Below the pieces are notes generated by a model. That model was not told where the DNA came from. It saw only the letters and a list, made by a program, of their open reading frames with translations, and did no database searches. Shown here piece after piece: positions 25,037-38,404 of a stretch of 64,000 bases of DNA. Position numbers and translations under genes: made by a program. This DNA is from Paramecium tetraurelia. Taxonomy: Eukaryota. Positions within the stretch are counted from its first letter, which is position 1. The number at the start of each line of letters is the position of its first letter. The stretch lies in assembly GCA_000165425.1 (NCBI GenBank), contig CT868675.1, forward strand, positions 186,001 through 250,000, read 5' to 3'.

Positions 25037-26734
25037 ATGTAAGCAGAGGAAATACTACCAGATCATATAAATGATGAAATTTATCGTACCTTAGAACACC
25101 TATATTTGAGACTTAATGAAATTGTTCGCAAGGCAGAAGATGTCCTAGATTTATCTTAATCTGTTAGTTTTTAGGCAACTCTCAAAAGACTCAATACAGC
25201 TTCTAGAGGAGAAAACTACCAGAAGGTTCCTAAGAATTATTTCCCACCTCCTTCAGATCAAGAGTCATTTGAGAGAAAGTTTAAATTGCTCAGAAGATGT
25301 GGTCATATCTTATCAGATACCATGTTGAAAGTAAGAACCTCTTTGGTAGAACTTCATGATGCCACTCGGAAATAAAAGTAAGACATAGTCAAGATGAAAA
25401 AAGATGAATTCGCAATCAAGCATGAAAAAACATTTCCCATCAATTAAATGTAGAGAAATGGAACACAATAGCAACAAAAGCCTCCTCAAACCATTCTATT
25501 AGATGAGGATGACGATGATCTCATGATTTTACCAAAGATTGAATTTGTCATAGAGCAACCTCAACTACTGACTACCTCTATTGCTTCAGATCCTGTTTAT
25601 TATACATCCTGTACTTGTCTACTTGAAAATACTCTGCAATAGCAAATTCCAGAAGAACTTAAAGTGTGCATTGCTGTTGAATCCTTACAATATTATGATA
25701 AATTCTATTTGAATTCTACGATCATCCAAGAATGCAAGACTGCAAATAAAATATTACTCTAATTAAATGGAGATACAAATTGTATTACCAAAAATTGTAT
25801 CTTTTATGAAAAGATCTATTTGAATATGATCAAATATCCAATAGTTCAATTGAACTTTGCTAGAATTCAAAGAGGAGAGCAAATCTACTTCCCTCTTTTC
25901 TCTGATATAACTGATTTATTCAATGAGTAAACTTTATTCCTATATGGTATCTATTAATTTAGCAGATCAATTGGGAGAACCACCTGTTAGAAGGTCGGCA
26001 ATATCAAGTATCTTTTGAATCTATTACATACTCAGTCGACTTCAGGATTGGTTATAAATGCATTCAGTCCTGGTCTTGATAAATGTCAATTTTTAATTGA
26101 TTTGTTGACTGCTATGGTTCATCTCAATGGCAAAGAAATCGTAACTGGAGTTAATAGGCTTACATTTCCAGAATGCAAACGAAATCCTAGAATAGTTTTA
26201 GTTCGATATACACATAAATTAAGCTAACAAGAATAAGACTTATTAGAATAGAATTTGAATGATGGAGTTGATGGGGGATATAGGATTAATGAGTCAAGTT
26301 GCAAACTAAAAAGGACTGTTATAATCTTTAGCAAGGATAAGATGTTCATCCCAGAAGTAGGCAGAAGTCTAAGGCATTGGGAAATTCCCATCGATTTTCT
26401 CAGGTAATAATGTGAGACATATCATTATCAATATCTAATCCATTACATTGATTAAGTAGTCAAGTGTAAAATTCAAGAGAGCTTACCAAAGTTCTTCACC
26501 GTTCTCATCACCCTTATCAATTGGAAGAATAATAACGTAAAAGAGTTTAACTAATAAATTATAAGAGATTTTGACTACTTCATCAAGAATAGAAATTATG
26601 TTAACTATTTTTGTTTAAAGACTTACCACAAAGTAACTTAAATTGAAAATTACTTGCAAGAATCACTGAAATCTTAAAAATTAATTTGCTATTGCAAGGA
26701 TATCGTAAGATTACTAGGTGTTGAAGAAGAATGA
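25037..26734 (+). CDS. Hypothetical protein, apparently intronless (about 565 aa)
   Basis: Single open code-6 frame MQAEEILPDHINDEIYRTLEHLYLRL...LLGVEEE*; no motif recognised. Confidence 0.75.
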
Positions 26735-26773
26735 AATTACAAACAATTATATATATAAATATATTAAAATTAA

Positions 26774-28560
26774 TCACACTTACTTCATCAATTGAATGAG
26801 GTCTGTATCTGTATTGAACCTTTTACCCTGAGACGATTACTTGAATGATCCCGAAATCAATTTTAAAATGTTTGAATGTTCCTTCACTTAAGATACTGGC
26901 GATACACATATTTGAGTCTTCTATTACTTCTTTGGCAATCCTTATTATCCTTAAATCTGACTTGATTTTGTTAATTGGTCTAGAATAACCTGTCTGTAAT
27001 CTATCATTCTTTTATTAGTATATTCAAAATGAGGAAATGAACGAGTAAATTTACCCTAAAATCGTAGTATTTAAATTAAACCTATTTTTCTAATCTCAGA
27101 TTATCATAGAGCCTTTTCAAAAATTCATTATCCCCTTTGCTGAATTCCATTTCATCAAAATTATACTTTAATGGCATCGGTTTATAACTGATCTCGCATC
27201 TTCTTTTCACTAAAGCTTCAATGTCGCAACCTTAAAACCATCTGTGCTATAAAATTGCTCTTATTCCATCCTATGCTCCCAACCGTTTGGATGGATCTTT
27301 TATCAATAAACTAGAAATCAAGTCCTTAAGGTCTGGATTGATATCTTTAAAGGGAGGGAATTAAACTTTATCATTTAAAATACTATTATAAATTTAGTCG
27401 ATGTTCCTGCAATAAAAAGGAGGTGATCCGAATATAAATTCATAGAGTAATGCACCTAAACAATAAATATCCACCATAAAATTATGTCCTTCTCTCTTTA
27501 ACATCTCTGGAGACATATATTCAGGTGATCCACAAAATGAATAGGCTGTCTCATCTCTGTTCATATTCGGCTTAGATAAACCGAAATCTGATAGTCTTAT
27601 ATACCCATCTAAATCTAATAATATATTTTCTGGTTTGATATCTCTATAGACGATTCCGAATTTGTGCAACTCGTTGATTGCTAAACAAACCTAAACAAAA
27701 TATTGCTTTGCTAATGGTTCTGTCAATCTTTTCCATTTTCTCAAATGAAAAAATAGTTCACCTCCTGCACAATATCTAAATTTAATAGGATTAGTTACTC
27801 CATCACAAAAACAAGATAGAATTTTGTTTCAAAAGAATAGAATAATTTAGCCAAATATTGCGAGTTTAAATGTTCCATAACATACTTTTCATTACAAATA
27901 ATTATTTCCTTATTAGACTTTAATATGAAGTTTTTGTCAATGAGTTTCATTGCATAAAATAATCCATTGTCTCTCTTTCTCACCAAATATACTCTTGAAA
28001 ATCCACTATTGTCATATATATTATTGCATACCCTACACCTATACATTTCAGTATATCGTAATCTTCGATACTCATTTGATTGCCAACTGGGTTTGAGTAA
28101 TAAGGTTCTAATTTCAAATGTCTTTATTCTTCAAATACTTCTAACGGCTTAAGTTCAAGTGATAAGTAGTAATCAATGTTGTAATTCTTAACGCTAGAGT
28201 GTGTTTGAAAGTGTTTTATTTTATTTACAATAGATGGATTCACTTGTAGTACCTTTGCAATTAATTTCTTATATAAATCAGTGGTGTTTTAGTAAATGCT
28301 GATGGGCACAATAAATCTAGTTTAATTTGATTGATTTACTTCTGGCCATTTAAAATTAATGAGATTGTAATCTCAACTGGGTCTCTTTCACTATTCAAAG
28401 TTTTCATTGTCTGACATCGACCAAATGCCTAATTCATTTTATTCCCAGACGGAGATTGCACTCTAGTCAAATTAGAATTAAGACTATGAAAATCTGAAGA
28501 CTTCTTCTTATGTAAAATGGAAGCTGAAGGAAATCTAGCCGATGAAACTAGTGATTGCAT
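26774..28560 (-). CDS. AGC-group Ser/Thr kinase (S6K/Akt/SGK-like)
   Basis: IGVGGFSRVY, YAMKLIDK, YCAGGELF, YRDIKPEN, LSDFGLSK, SFCGSPEYMSPE, DPSKRLG and an AGC C-tail. Confidence 0.9.
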
Positions 28561-29548
28561 ATTATAATTTAAAAATAGTAAAATCAATTTGGTAGTGCGA
28601 TAGTTAGTATTCTGCAAAAATGAATATTATTAGTATAAATAATGGTACTAATACTTCCACTTTACAATTGATTGAGAGAATCATTTTTTTTAATTTCTAA
28701 ATATTTACAAGGAAGAAAAGTAATTAGATTTTAAAAAGCTCACGTGTTTTCAAAAATAAAATAATATCTTCTTATTTAGAGTAAAATCGGAATTTTTTAT
28801 TTAATTTGATATAACTGTTTTGGATAATTCTCAAATAATCATTAAATATGATTATTGTTGGAAAAGTATTCATTAATTGATTTCTATACATTAAGATTTA
28901 AAAATCTTATCTGCAGATTTGATATTATCAATAGGAAATTACTTCTATTAAAATTGAACCTATGATAATTACTAATCTATATGAATTGTGATTATTACAA
29001 TAATTTTGCTACTATTTATAAATATGTGTTTACTTTTTGTTGAATTAAACTGTCAATTAGAATAATTTATGTTATAAAAGTAATTTTCAATCCAAATCTA
29101 TTTATTAACATGAGTTCTAGAAAACCATTTTGAATTTATGCAAATTAGTTCTGAATCACATTCAAAAATATTTATATATCGAAAAATACTATTAAAGAAA
29201 TAATAGTTATTGTAGCCTAAGAGAACTGGAGAATTTCAACATAAGACATTAAAGGTGTAATAAAAAAACCTGACTTTAATTGAAATTTAATGTTCTATCT
29301 TTAATATTGATGTAGATAATATTTATGTTAAATAATAAAAGAAATATTTAAATTATATTAGTACCAGAGAAGTTGCTGATTCAAATTAAAGATTAAACCA
29401 ATATATTTAAACTGGTAGAACCCTTGAATGAATGTGTTTCTTTAATAAAAACCCTTTTATTTCTTTGGAAACGTACTTCGATTCAGAGTAACTTAGGATT
29501 GATTGAGAATTGACTTATTTTCATAAAAAAATAAAAATTATATTTATC

Positions 29549-30871
29549 ATGCATCAAAGAGAACAAAGGATAACTTAGAGGGCTTTTTCTTCTACTTCAC
29601 CAACTACTCCAACCATGAGTAATGCTTATGCATCAGCAATGAAAAATATGCAAGATAAATTAAAATAGGATGGCATTCGAAAATCAGTTGATATATCACC
29701 ATAAGACATAATAATAGAACATCTTAAATAATAAATAAGTGAGTTATCTGGAGAGAAGGAAAGACTTCAATTTCAATTGTCCAAAATCCAATAGGAGCTT
29801 GAAATGAATAACAAAGCATCATAATAAATAGAACAGTTACAAGTAGAACGACTTTAGCATTTAAAAGATTATTAAGATCGTGTTTCTGAACTAATAAGAA
29901 AGAATGAAGAACTTAAACATGATAAACATGAGCTTTAATCGTCGAATGAGTATCTTTAACGACAACTATATGCATATAAAAATAATGAAAAGGGTCTTAT
30001 ACACAAGGCAGAATTAAAAAAGTTTGAAGAAAATTCAGCTCTCTTGAATACTATTCAGGATTATAAATAGAAGCTGGAATATAAAGATTCAATGATAAGT
30101 AATCTAGAAACCCGTATTGATTATTTGGATAAAGAATTATAACGCATCTAAAATGAATATGAAAATTATAAACTCTAGCATCCCTAAATTAGGTTGAATG
30201 ATTTCGAAAAACAAATTAATAATTTAAGATACTAATTGGATGAGAAAGATAGAGTATATTATAAAAGTATTGACGAAGTTTAAACAAACCGAATATGTCG
30301 GGAAGAATAGATGGCTAAGCGAATTCAAGAATTAGTAGTAAAATCCTTAGAGTATTAGGATATAATTCAATAACTAACCTTAGATTATAAGGATTTAAAT
30401 ATGAAATATTAGTCTATTCGCATTAAATTTGATTAGGAAGAAAGGAATTAGAGATACTTGAAGTAAGATTTCGATGAATCTTATGTGAATCAAGGATATA
30501 AAAATTAAAAAACTTTGAACAAATTAAATTTGGATTAAATTCTGCCAGCATACTTTAGTCCTAGAGTGAATGAGAATACTAGATAGAGTTAATTGAAATA
30601 AGTGATTAGAGATTGTTTAGAGGATATGAAAAATACAGGTTAAAGTCCTGAAAAAAAAAATGTTGCCAGAAAGAGATTAACTTCACCAATATCACCACAA
30701 TAGTAAAATGAAATTGAGATAAAATTGAAGTTTCTAAATGAAAGATATGAAACACTCATCCGATAAGCTTAACAAGAGAACGATATGAAATCTAAAGCAA
30801 ATATAAGAAAACAGCTTCTTGAAATTGCAGAATAGATAAAAGAAGCTACAAAAATTAACAAAAATATCTGA
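29549..30871 (+). CDS. Coiled-coil protein
   Basis: MHQREQRITQRAFSSTSP..SNAYASAMKNMQDKLK; heptad-rich open frame; TGA 30869-30871. Confidence 0.75.
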
Positions 30872-30993
30872 TTTGATAATATTTACTAATTTATATTAAA
30901 TATAAGTGATAATCCATCATCAATTAGAATTATGTATTTTTATAACCCTTTTAATACAACTAAATATCAATAATTAGTAATTAAATTATGAAG

Positions 30994-31906
30994 TCAATAT
31001 TTAAAATAAATAAATCTATATCTATTATTAATTTCATTTGTTTATTTTTTTATTAAGTTTATTAAGTATTTACAATCTTTCTTAAATTTGTTTTTCTCGT
31101 TTTCTTAATTCAGATGATTGAACTAAGAATTTAAAGGAATCAGTTTTTGTATATTTTACATATCTTTGCAAATACAAGCAAACATATCCTGAAAATTTAT
31201 ATTAAGCATTGATTTTCTGTGCATCTAATAACATCACATCTTACAAGGCACTTATTTATTTTTCAGTAAGAATTCTACTCCATTCTGGTAGATCATATCT
31301 AAGAGATTCCCTAGTTAGCATCTTTTTAATTTTATCTAAATTAATATCTTCAGGAAAATCAGGATATATTGAAATGTACATGAATTTGAATACTTAAAAG
31401 ATTTCAGGTTCTAATTCTTTGGAACCATAAATTTTATTAATTTCTTTGAAACTCCATACTTCTTCCCAATCTATTAATGCGTTTTGCTCCATTTAATAAT
31501 CATCAGGTATCTTATTTATTGTGGTAGGAATGTTCTTGAAACTATTTTGAATATTTTCTAGTAGAGTTTAGTATTATATAATCCTAGTTGGAAGTGATGA
31601 ACAAATGATTAAATTAAACAATTTATTTACTTTACGTAATTACAGAATCTGTTTTACATTTAAATACATTGTAAATTGGACAATTATTTCAGTTCTAAAT
31701 TTTGAAAACAAATTTCCAGTTTTCTTGTATTGAACAATCAAATTTTAATTTTAAGACAATGTTGAATTTTGGGCTTGAATGTTTTTACCTGAGATTAGCA
31801 AATACTTTTATTGTAACTGTTACAGTTCAATAAACAATTAAGTAATTTTGGCTTTTTATTGGTTTCTGTTTTCATTTAGCATAGTTAATTCTAATTATGC
31901 ATTCAT
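30994..31906 (-). CDS. Hypothetical protein with F-box-like motif
   Basis: Open frame; FSKFRTEIIVQFTMYLNVKQILQLRKVNKLFNLII resembles the F-box consensus. Confidence 0.55.
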
Positions 31907-32078
31907 TGGATATGTATATTATTTTAATAAAAGAAATAAATTAATACTGATTAGTTTTGGATTACATTTAATTAATTAATTAAACCAATTATAGAAAGTA
32001 TAAGATTAAATAAGTCTCTAAAATAGTATATATATCTATTCATAATCGAAAATGGAATACAAACATAAGTAATTAAAG

Positions 32079-33607
32079 TCACTTTTTAATTTACTAAAAA
32101 TTGAAGCTCTTTTTAACCCATTAGAGCTATATATTATATGATAATGGATCTGGAGATTCATTAATCTGATGTTGAAATCTTTATTGTCCTTAGCCAAATG
32201 CAGGTGGATCTTTAGACATTGGTTTCCTATAATTTGAAGTTCTTTCAATCCTTTCATCTTCGGATTCCTCTATGATTGCTTGCTTCCATCTCTCTTCCCC
32301 TATTCCAAATGGTGGTTTGTCAATCAATTGTTCCAAGTTGTATTCAATTTGACTCTTCAATTTCTCCTAAATGGTTCCTAGTGATGTATCATAAAATCCT
32401 GGAGGTGGTACATCTTCAGTGGATGTCAATGAAGTTCTTTTAACTTTACTTTTGAATGGACTTGACGAAATTTCTTTTTTCTCTGTTTTGTTGGCTTCAC
32501 TATAATAATATCCAGGTCCAGGAGTGTTCTTTGGTTTTTTCTTACAAAATCTTGGCAATCTACTGCCAACCTCTTAATTAGGACTTTGAATCAATTTTTA
32601 GACGATCTTATCCTTCATGGAAGTTTTAGGGGAATAGGTCACTGGACTGGGTGAAACAGAGTTGGAATTCTGTTTGAATCTCTCTGCTTTAGGAAATTCA
32701 ACTTATTAACTAATAGAGATCATAGCTGGATTATATTGACCAGGTCCAGGAATATTTTGGTTTTTAAGTGCAAATCTTGGGGCTTTGGTTAATAGTTTGG
32801 CTCCTGTAGAGATGGCAGTTGATTAGGTTTGATAATAACCTGGGCCAGGAGTTGAATCATCTAAGTATTCGTATTATGAGGAATCAGAGTCAGGAGTGGA
32901 AGACTTTTAGAAACTGTAATAGATTTTATTATCAAGGCCCTTTTTAACGTAGAATTTAGGTTCTTATGAGGCCGAAAACTTTACTTATTATCCAACTTTT
33001 CTATCTCTATACCTATAAAATCTATCAACATCGTAATGTCCAGGACCAATGGAATTCTCTGCTTCTTCATGTTTGGAGGATTTCCTCGACCAATTACTTA
33101 CTAAGCTGGCATGTTTATTTAGTTGAGAGAGCTGAGTGTCATAATAACCAGGTCCAACGTTGGCTTATTATCTCTCTTAATTTATGAGTAAAAATACTTT
33201 CATAAGGTATTGAGTTTGCGGTTTGATAGGTTCCTGCATACATTAACTATTCAATGACTTTTGGGCGATGAGATTGTGGGTATTTATGTTTTTATAACAT
33301 TGCAATATCATAATATCCTGGACTATATTATAGGATGATACTAATACCCAACTAAGCCACATTTCTCATCTTTGAATCTTTCTTCTTCGTTTTTGAAGAC
33401 TGCACTTGCGGCTTGGCTGTTTTGAGATGATCCTTTATAATCATATGCCCCTGGTCCAGGACTTAACTTTCTGGGGATATCAACCAAAGGCAAAGAGGGT
33501 ATTTGAGTGCTCATTCTCTCCCACTTCCTATCCAATTCATAGGAACCTGGACCTGGGGAAGGATCCAAAATTTAACTTTGATTACGAGAACGATAAACAA
33601 ATGACAT
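32079..33607 (-). CDS. SHIPPO/STPGR (PGPG.Y) repeat ciliary protein, ODF3/STPG-like
   Basis: Multiple SPGPGSY, SPGPGAY, VGPGYY, TPGPGYY, IPGPGQY and PPPGFY repeats. Confidence 0.85.
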
Positions 33608-33627
33608 TTATATTTTATATATATTAT

Positions 33628-33882
33628 TCAAGCTAGCAAGCATAGACTAAATTTAGATCCTGGTTTGATAACATATGTTTTTTATTCGCCAGTCTCTATG
33701 GCAATGATAGGTACTTAGTCTTTTAAAGCTGTGGCACAATCTGCTATACTTTTAACATATTGGCTTAATTGAGGATTGATTGATTTATTGGCTAAGGGGA
33801 ATCCAAACTAATCAACAATCAAGGCACCTTAAACACTATCTTGCATAATGAGGTCGATTTGTTATAGCAATTGCTTATCCAT
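33628..33882 (-). CDS. LAMTOR5: LAMTOR5/HBXIP-like roadblock protein (Ragulator subunit)
   Basis: 84-aa intronless MDKQLLQQIDLIMQDSVQGALIVDQFGFPLANK..SIADCATALKDQVPIIAIETGEQKTYVIK, colinear with LAMTOR5 (GVLCTDSQGLNL..LAQQAAKL..PVVCLES). Confidence 0.7.
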
Positions 33883-33926
33883 TTAAAATATTAATGATAT
33901 TAAATTGTGTTATAAGAATCATATAT

Positions 33927-35141
33927 TATAAATCTTTGATATTGGTCAAATATTCAACACCTGGTAAAATCTTTCCTTCCAACAATTCCAAAGAAGCACT
34001 ACCAGTTGAAACATAATTGAGTTTATCATTAGCCTAATAGGAGTCAACTATATCGACAATATCAGCAACTATGGTTGTAGCACCACTTGATGTCTATTTA
34101 ACCAAGGCATTCAAAATGCCCAAAGAACCATCCTTGACTTACTAAAATTCGAGATCTCTTTATTGTCAATTCCAAACAACTGAAAATTAAATCCACAAAA
34201 TATAAACTTGTTTTAGCTCTTCCAAAGACCTCAACATTTTCTCTTTTTGTCAATGAACCTTCAACTTTACCAAACCATCCATCATTTAAGTAATCGACTG
34301 GAACACGAATTTTTAAGATTCTTTCCTTAGCTTTAGTGAGTATGCCATCCACAAAATTATATACATCATCAAAGCGGACTTTTTCCATTAGGAATATTGA
34401 GATATTTTAGTAAGAATGTAAATGCCATGCCTCTTCAAATGATCATCTCATCTACTTTATCAATCATAGATTCAAGTAACTGGATTTTATCAGCAACTTT
34501 AGCACATCCTAACATAACAACGAATGGTCTTTGAAGTGTTTCCAAGGCCTTCAAAAAATATTCGAGCTCCTTCTTCATCAATAATCAGCCACTCTAACTT
34601 TATGATCTATTCCAACCATATAGGAGTGTGCTCTATGTGCAGTAGTAAATGCATCATTTACATAAATATCTCCTAAGGCAGATAATTCCTTTCTAAATTA
34701 CTTAACACCCTATTTGTCAGTTTTGATCCAAGCTGCATTTGCATCACGGCCTTCTCCTTCCTCCTAAATATGAAATCTCAGATTTTCTAATAAATTGATT
34801 TAACATTTCCAGCATTTACAGCTTCAGCGGCTTGTGAACCTACACAATTGTTTACGAAGTTAACTTTAATGCCCAGTAACTCTTCAAACTTAGGAACAAC
34901 TATTTTGAGGGAGAAATCTTTCAACTCTAAAATATATTCATATTGAATACCTCTTTCCATCTGGTCTCCGTATGTGTGACATCAATGTAACATACTTTGG
35001 ATTCTATTCAAGGATCTTCTTGATTGTTGGAATAGCTCCTTTGATTTGGTAGCATTCTCCACTTTGCCTTCTTTGATTGGCACGTTGAAATCTACTCTGA
35101 TTTCTTAACACATAATCGACACCAGCCTTAGAACTCATCAT
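33927..35141 (-). pseudogene. PGK: Phosphoglycerate kinase pseudogene
   Basis: PGK motifs [45 protein letters not shown] are spread over different frames. Several frameshifts; in-frame TGA at 34435-34437 in IIGGGMA (II*RGMA); substitutions SHLGRP>SHIRRP and GGAKV>GCAKV. Confidence 0.85.
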
Positions 35142-35199
35142 TTAAGATTAATATATTGATCTATAAAAGATATTAGACTCTCTAGTTTATAATTTAATT

Positions 35200-37497
35200 A
35201 TGTTAACATTATTATTGCTACAAGTGGTGTTATCACAGAAGATTTTGGATTCTCCGCTTGAGTAGGTCGTATGGTGCAAGTCTGAAACCTTCATCCTAAC
35301 AGCCAAGGGTATGCTCTATAAAAATTTTACATCTGAAATGCCCAAATTCATTAGCAATGTAATCTCATCTCAGATGATTTATATAGTTTACCATAAGAGA
35401 AATCCTACAATCTGAAGCAGATGCCTAAGTGGTTTATTTCATTGGAGATTTCGATACTTCCTATGTCTCTTAAAATTGCGGAAAAACGTACACGAAATTT
35501 AAACATGATAAGACCTTGCATGATTTCAAACTAAATTCTTTGGAAGCACATAGTCTGATGGCTTTCAAAGATTTCAGATGTAATTCCTCAACGACCTTGT
35601 GTAAAGATAAATACAAGAAATAGATTTATGTAAGTAATGATTATGGAGCAAATTGGAGGATGGTACTGAATAGAACCAGAGATGCAATATGGGATAAATT
35701 GATAGAATTACCGGAGATTCCTGATTCTAGAATTGTTGCATCCTATCTCAACGATAAAGGTCAATTATAAGTAAGTTATAGTGACGATTACTTCAATACA
35801 TTTAAATTGCTCAGAAATAATTCCTACGGGTTTTATCAGACAAAAGAGTATCTCTTCATTTTGATTGATGCTGACTCTTTTAGTAAGGGCTATGATTTAG
35901 AAGTTATTAAACAAGGCACTCTGACTCCTGTGGAATTGGTGTTGCCAGTAGAGGATCATTAAAAGTACACCTTCACTGTCCTGGACACTGTCAATGGATC
36001 CATATTCATTTCCATTTCTCATATAGAAGACATGCCTAAAATTATGAACATCTATTTGAGTGACAGCACTGGCACAAAATATACGTTGTCACTCATGAAC
36101 AATGTAAGAAGTTTGGATACAGGAAACTGTGATTTCGAACCTATCATAAGAGGAACCTACATAGCCAATATTTATGACAATTCTGAATTTGAGAAATTCA
36201 AGATGAGAAGATCAACTAAGAACACCGATGGAATCAAGAGATTGGAAAACTACAAGCAAACAAGAATTACATTTGAGTAAGGAGGTGAATGGCATGCTCT
36301 TAAAGCTCCTAAATATGATTACAGGGGCTAACCTATATAATGCAATGGGGACTGTTCCTTGCATCTCCTTGGAAGAAGTGAAGCGCCTCGTAATAGAATA
36401 ATAAGTCATTCCTACATTGCCATAGGCACAGGTAATACAGGGATTTATTTGGGAAACGAATATAAAACATACCTCTCAAGAGATGGTGGTCACACTTGGT
36501 TTGAAATACTTGATGGAATGCACATTTATGACATTGCTGAAAACACAGGAGTCATTGTATTTGTGAGTGATGAAGAATAAGCAAATGAAATATTATACAC
36601 TTGGGATGAAGGTTTGACATTCTAAAGACTTAAGATGAATGCCACTTTTGATATCACTAATGTGGTCTATAAGAATGGCAAATTCTTATTCCATGGAATT
36701 CAAGATAGTAAAACACTTGGAGTTGCAAAAGAAGATGATTTTACATCAAATGCTCTTAAAGGAGTTGTTGTATCTTTAGATATCAATTAAATCATGGTTA
36801 GAGAATGCTAAGGGTTTGATAGACCAGGTGAATAAGATTCAGATTATGAGTTTTGGTATCCTTCAAATTATGCAGGGGATAAATGTTTATTTGGATAAAA
36901 AGAAAAGTACATTAGAAGGAAGAGAAGCTCATAATGTTATAATAAGTTGCCAAATCTACCAGTTCAAACTGAAAATTGTCCATGCACCAAAGCTGATTGG
37001 GAATGTGATGTGGGGTATAAGAGAGACATATATTCGAATTGTGTACCTATGAAAGAAATCAAACCAAAAGCATGTAAGGGGACATACCTTAAAAGTTAAG
37101 GATATAGGAAGATCTCAGGAGATGAATGTTAAGATGGGTATATTTCATATCATTATTTAGTGTTTATTTGGGACCAATAGAAACAAAATGTTCTGAAGAA
37201 GATTAAGTGACTCAAAAAGATAATATTAATATCAAACAAGGGAGAGTTAGTGACATACCAACATATACAGAACCTATAAAACCTCAAATCAATAAACCCA
37301 AAACAACCACCATCGAAAAATAGGCTGATGGTGGCATTAAATACTCATACTTAATTATTGGATTTATTTGTTTAGGAATAACATATTTTATTAAAAAAAA
37401 GTATTTTGATGTGAAATATTAAACCAAAAAAAGACAGCCAGCTTATTATTACCCTGTAAAATCATAGGAAAAGTAAAGATTATTTGCTGAACCTTGA
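35200..37497 (+). CDS. VPS10/sortilin-family sorting receptor
   Basis: Signal peptide; BNR repeats (SNDYGANW, SRDGGHTW, TWDEGLTF); CSLHL; 10CC module (CPCTKADWECDVGY, GYRKISGDEC); single TM and short tail. Confidence 0.9.
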
Positions 37498-37537
37498 AAT
37501 GTGTAATTCTATTTTTTGTATTTATTAATATTCTACA

Positions 37538-38257
37538 TCAAGTCTAATCCAGTATCTAGATGCTGCTTTACATATTTAAACCAACAAATGGAAAATAGCA
37601 TTTTGTGGGGTCTATATCAACTATCTAAAATTAATAATATTGTACATATGATTCTTAAGTTCTCACTTTAATCCATTTCATTTTCCCTATTTTAGTATCT
37701 ACTTGAACATTGATAATTTCATTGCATCCCCATTCAAATTCACTTTTGATTTATTCAGACTCGTCATCCTCATCAAAATTAAGACTTGCTTATCCATTAT
37801 CATTTAGTAGATATGCGTCTAAAATAGTTTAATTAATATGCAACCTTAGGGACTAATAGTACAACAATTAAAGTTCTTTTGTTCACATATTCCTATGATA
37901 ACTCCAGCAAACTCTCCTGTTTTAAATGTAAATTGAACAATGCTATTATTTGGTATACTCGGTTCACAAAGAGCAAAAGCTAAATCCTATAAAACGTTCT
38001 TAGCTTCAGTTCTGGTTTAATTTAATTTAATCCATAAATGTTTAGATTAGTTGGAATATCTAATTTTTAGATTTTAAACTATTAATTATTTTTTGATTAC
38101 TATCATCCTATTGAATCAATGTTGGATGTTATATACTTTACTAAATCTGAATATGATCTTACTCATTTTATTGCTCTAACAATGTTTGTATTATTGATTA
38201 TTCCTTTTCAGAGTTTGATTAAGTTTATTATAAAATGCTTCCTTGATCAATTTACAT
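37538..38257 (-). CDS. SPRY/B30.2-like domain protein
   Basis: FALCEPSIP, FTFK, IIGIC, AYLLNDNG, IINVQVDTKIGKMKW, YFPFVGL; same motif order as the 4401-5481 gene. Confidence 0.6.
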
Positions 38258-38404
38258 ATTGAATAATTATATACTTAATAAATTTAAATCAAAATATTAA
38301 ATCTTCTCTGGAGGAATAGCTAAGACTCATTACCAGCATATTAGTCTTTCTTAAAAATAAGGGTGATAAATTTGTATATATAAAAATTAAATTAATTAAT
38401 TCAA

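Noticed and set aside
34435..34437. In-frame TGA in PGK as selenocysteine or read-through
   Set aside because: It replaces a conserved Gly and co-occurs with several frameshifts, so it is a nonsense mutation.
1111..37497. Functional cluster of endomembrane genes (ChAPs, RNASEK, PIG-B, GOS28, LAMTOR5, VPS10)
   Set aside because: Dispersed among unrelated genes in mixed orientation; compatible with chance.
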